A DNA stretch of 63,951 nucleotides, filler included, from Lama guanicoe (taxonomy: Eukaryota): NCBI GenBank assembly GCA_013239625.1. It is 76 parts of 73 records of this genome, joined end to end, with 100 filler letters (N's around TTAATTAATTAA, not from the genome) between each part and the next. Parts side by side here need not be neighbours in the genome. Positions count along the whole stretch, not along the records: positions 62,396 to 63,247 come from PNXV01001851.1; positions 63,348 to 63,779 come from PNXV01001870.1; positions 63,880 to 63,951 come from MU053490.1; 73 more parts are not named here. One strand, written 5' to 3'. The notes beneath the pieces are model-generated. The model did no database searches, was not told where the DNA came from, and saw only the letters and a list, made by a program, of their open reading frames with translations. Below, piece after piece: positions 62,906-63,951 of the stretch (its first letter is position 1; each line of letters opens with the position of its first letter). The position numbers were made by a program, and so were the translations under genes.

Positions 62906-63879
62906 ATGAATGGACAAAGTCGAGAAGAATGAGTGTAAGGGGTGACTAGCATGGATGGCATTTAAGCAAAGGGCAAGATGTGCTTTCAAAAAAAAGCCAG
63001 CAACAGAGACACAAGGAAATTCAGTGCTTTTCTGAACAAAGTGCGTGCTTGCTTCGGCAGGACTTCCGTGCAGGGCTGGGGCAGATATTGGCAGGAATCA
63101 CGGTGAGGGAGTCACCTGAGAAGACTCCCCACTGCAAGCAGCTCAACCAATTCTCCTCCCTCATCCTGTATTGTTAAAGCCATGTTTCTAGGTTACTGTT
63201 ATTTCACGTAATAGCACTTTAACTGCACATCTGATCATCTCCATCAGNNNNNNNNNNNNNNNNNNNNNNNNNNNNNNNNNNNNNNNNNNNNTTAATTAAT
63301 TAANNNNNNNNNNNNNNNNNNNNNNNNNNNNNNNNNNNNNNNNNNNNCTACCACCACTTAATATTATGTACCTAAACAACCTAACCAGCCCCATTTCACT
63401 GTACAATAGCTACAATAGTTGAGAATGAATTAAATAAAATACCAAATAAACAGGGGAACAAAAGGAAAATATTTTAAATATGTTAAAATGTTTATACAAA
63501 CAAAAACCAATGTAAAAATTCCTGAAAATTACCAGTAAATTTTTTAAAAATCAGTGAAGAAAAAGTTTCATTTATAGTAATTCCTTTATTTTGATCATAT
63601 TATCACCACAGCCAATTTACTTTCAACCAAATTCTTTTTACATTGCCTGAAGCCCAAGTGATGTAGGGAACCCCAGGGTTTGAGGGCAGGGGAGTACGGC
63701 AGGGGAGTCACAGGAAGGAGGAAGAGAAAGGAAGGAAGACAGGAAAATCCTTGGAAGGGCGTCTAGAATTTTACATGCTNNNNNNNNNNNNNNNNNNNNN
63801 NNNNNNNNNNNNNNNNNNNNNNNTTAATTAATTAANNNNNNNNNNNNNNNNNNNNNNNNNNNNNNNNNNNNNNNNNNNN

Positions 63880-63951
63880 TTCTGCATTCTATACTCTAAA
63901 TCCTATATTCAGTATTCTATATTCTAAATTTTGTGTTCTTCATTCCATTTT
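63880..63951 (-). repeat. Satellite A (7-bp periodic), truncated by the window end
   Basis: Heptamer run. Confidence 0.9.

Noticed and set aside
1087..63879. Regularly interspersed invariant palindrome TTAATTAATTAA separating unique blocks (superficially CRISPR- or cassette-array-like)
   Set aside because: It is always embedded in fixed N padding to 100 nt and gives six-frame stops, so it is an assembly linker. There are no cas or integrase genes, and the DNA is mammalian.

Overview
This is not a contiguous locus and it is not prokaryotic. It is an artificial concatenation of about 76 short (0.4-1.5 kb), gap-ridden mammalian scaffolds joined by a synthetic 100-nt spacer (N44-TTAATTAATTAA-N44, about 75 copies), so adjacency across spacers means nothing. 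The repeat content (LINE-1, MIR, MLT2/ERVL, a short tRNA-derived SINE of camelid vic-1 type) points to a placental mammal, most likely a camelid; that assignment is inference. The unplaced fraction is dominated by five satellite types: a 7-bp-periodic AT-rich satellite, a 249-bp satellite, a 267-bp satellite, a diverged 267-bp relative with higher-order structure, and a ~246-bp higher-order satellite. There are many L1 fragments, including pieces that together reconstruct a young L1 5' UTR and ORF1 start. No complete gene is present. Isolated exons are recognisable from memory of the human proteins: a diverged but open HERC2 CPH-domain exon, a doubly frameshifted ANO6 exon and an ANKRD26-family exon. 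Most long ORFs in the track are artefacts of N runs, GC-rich DNA or satellite periodicity. I found no evidence of a novel multi-gene system. The best leads are the satellite architecture, the diverged gene duplicates, and a multi-copy, heavily decayed L1 ORF1 relic.
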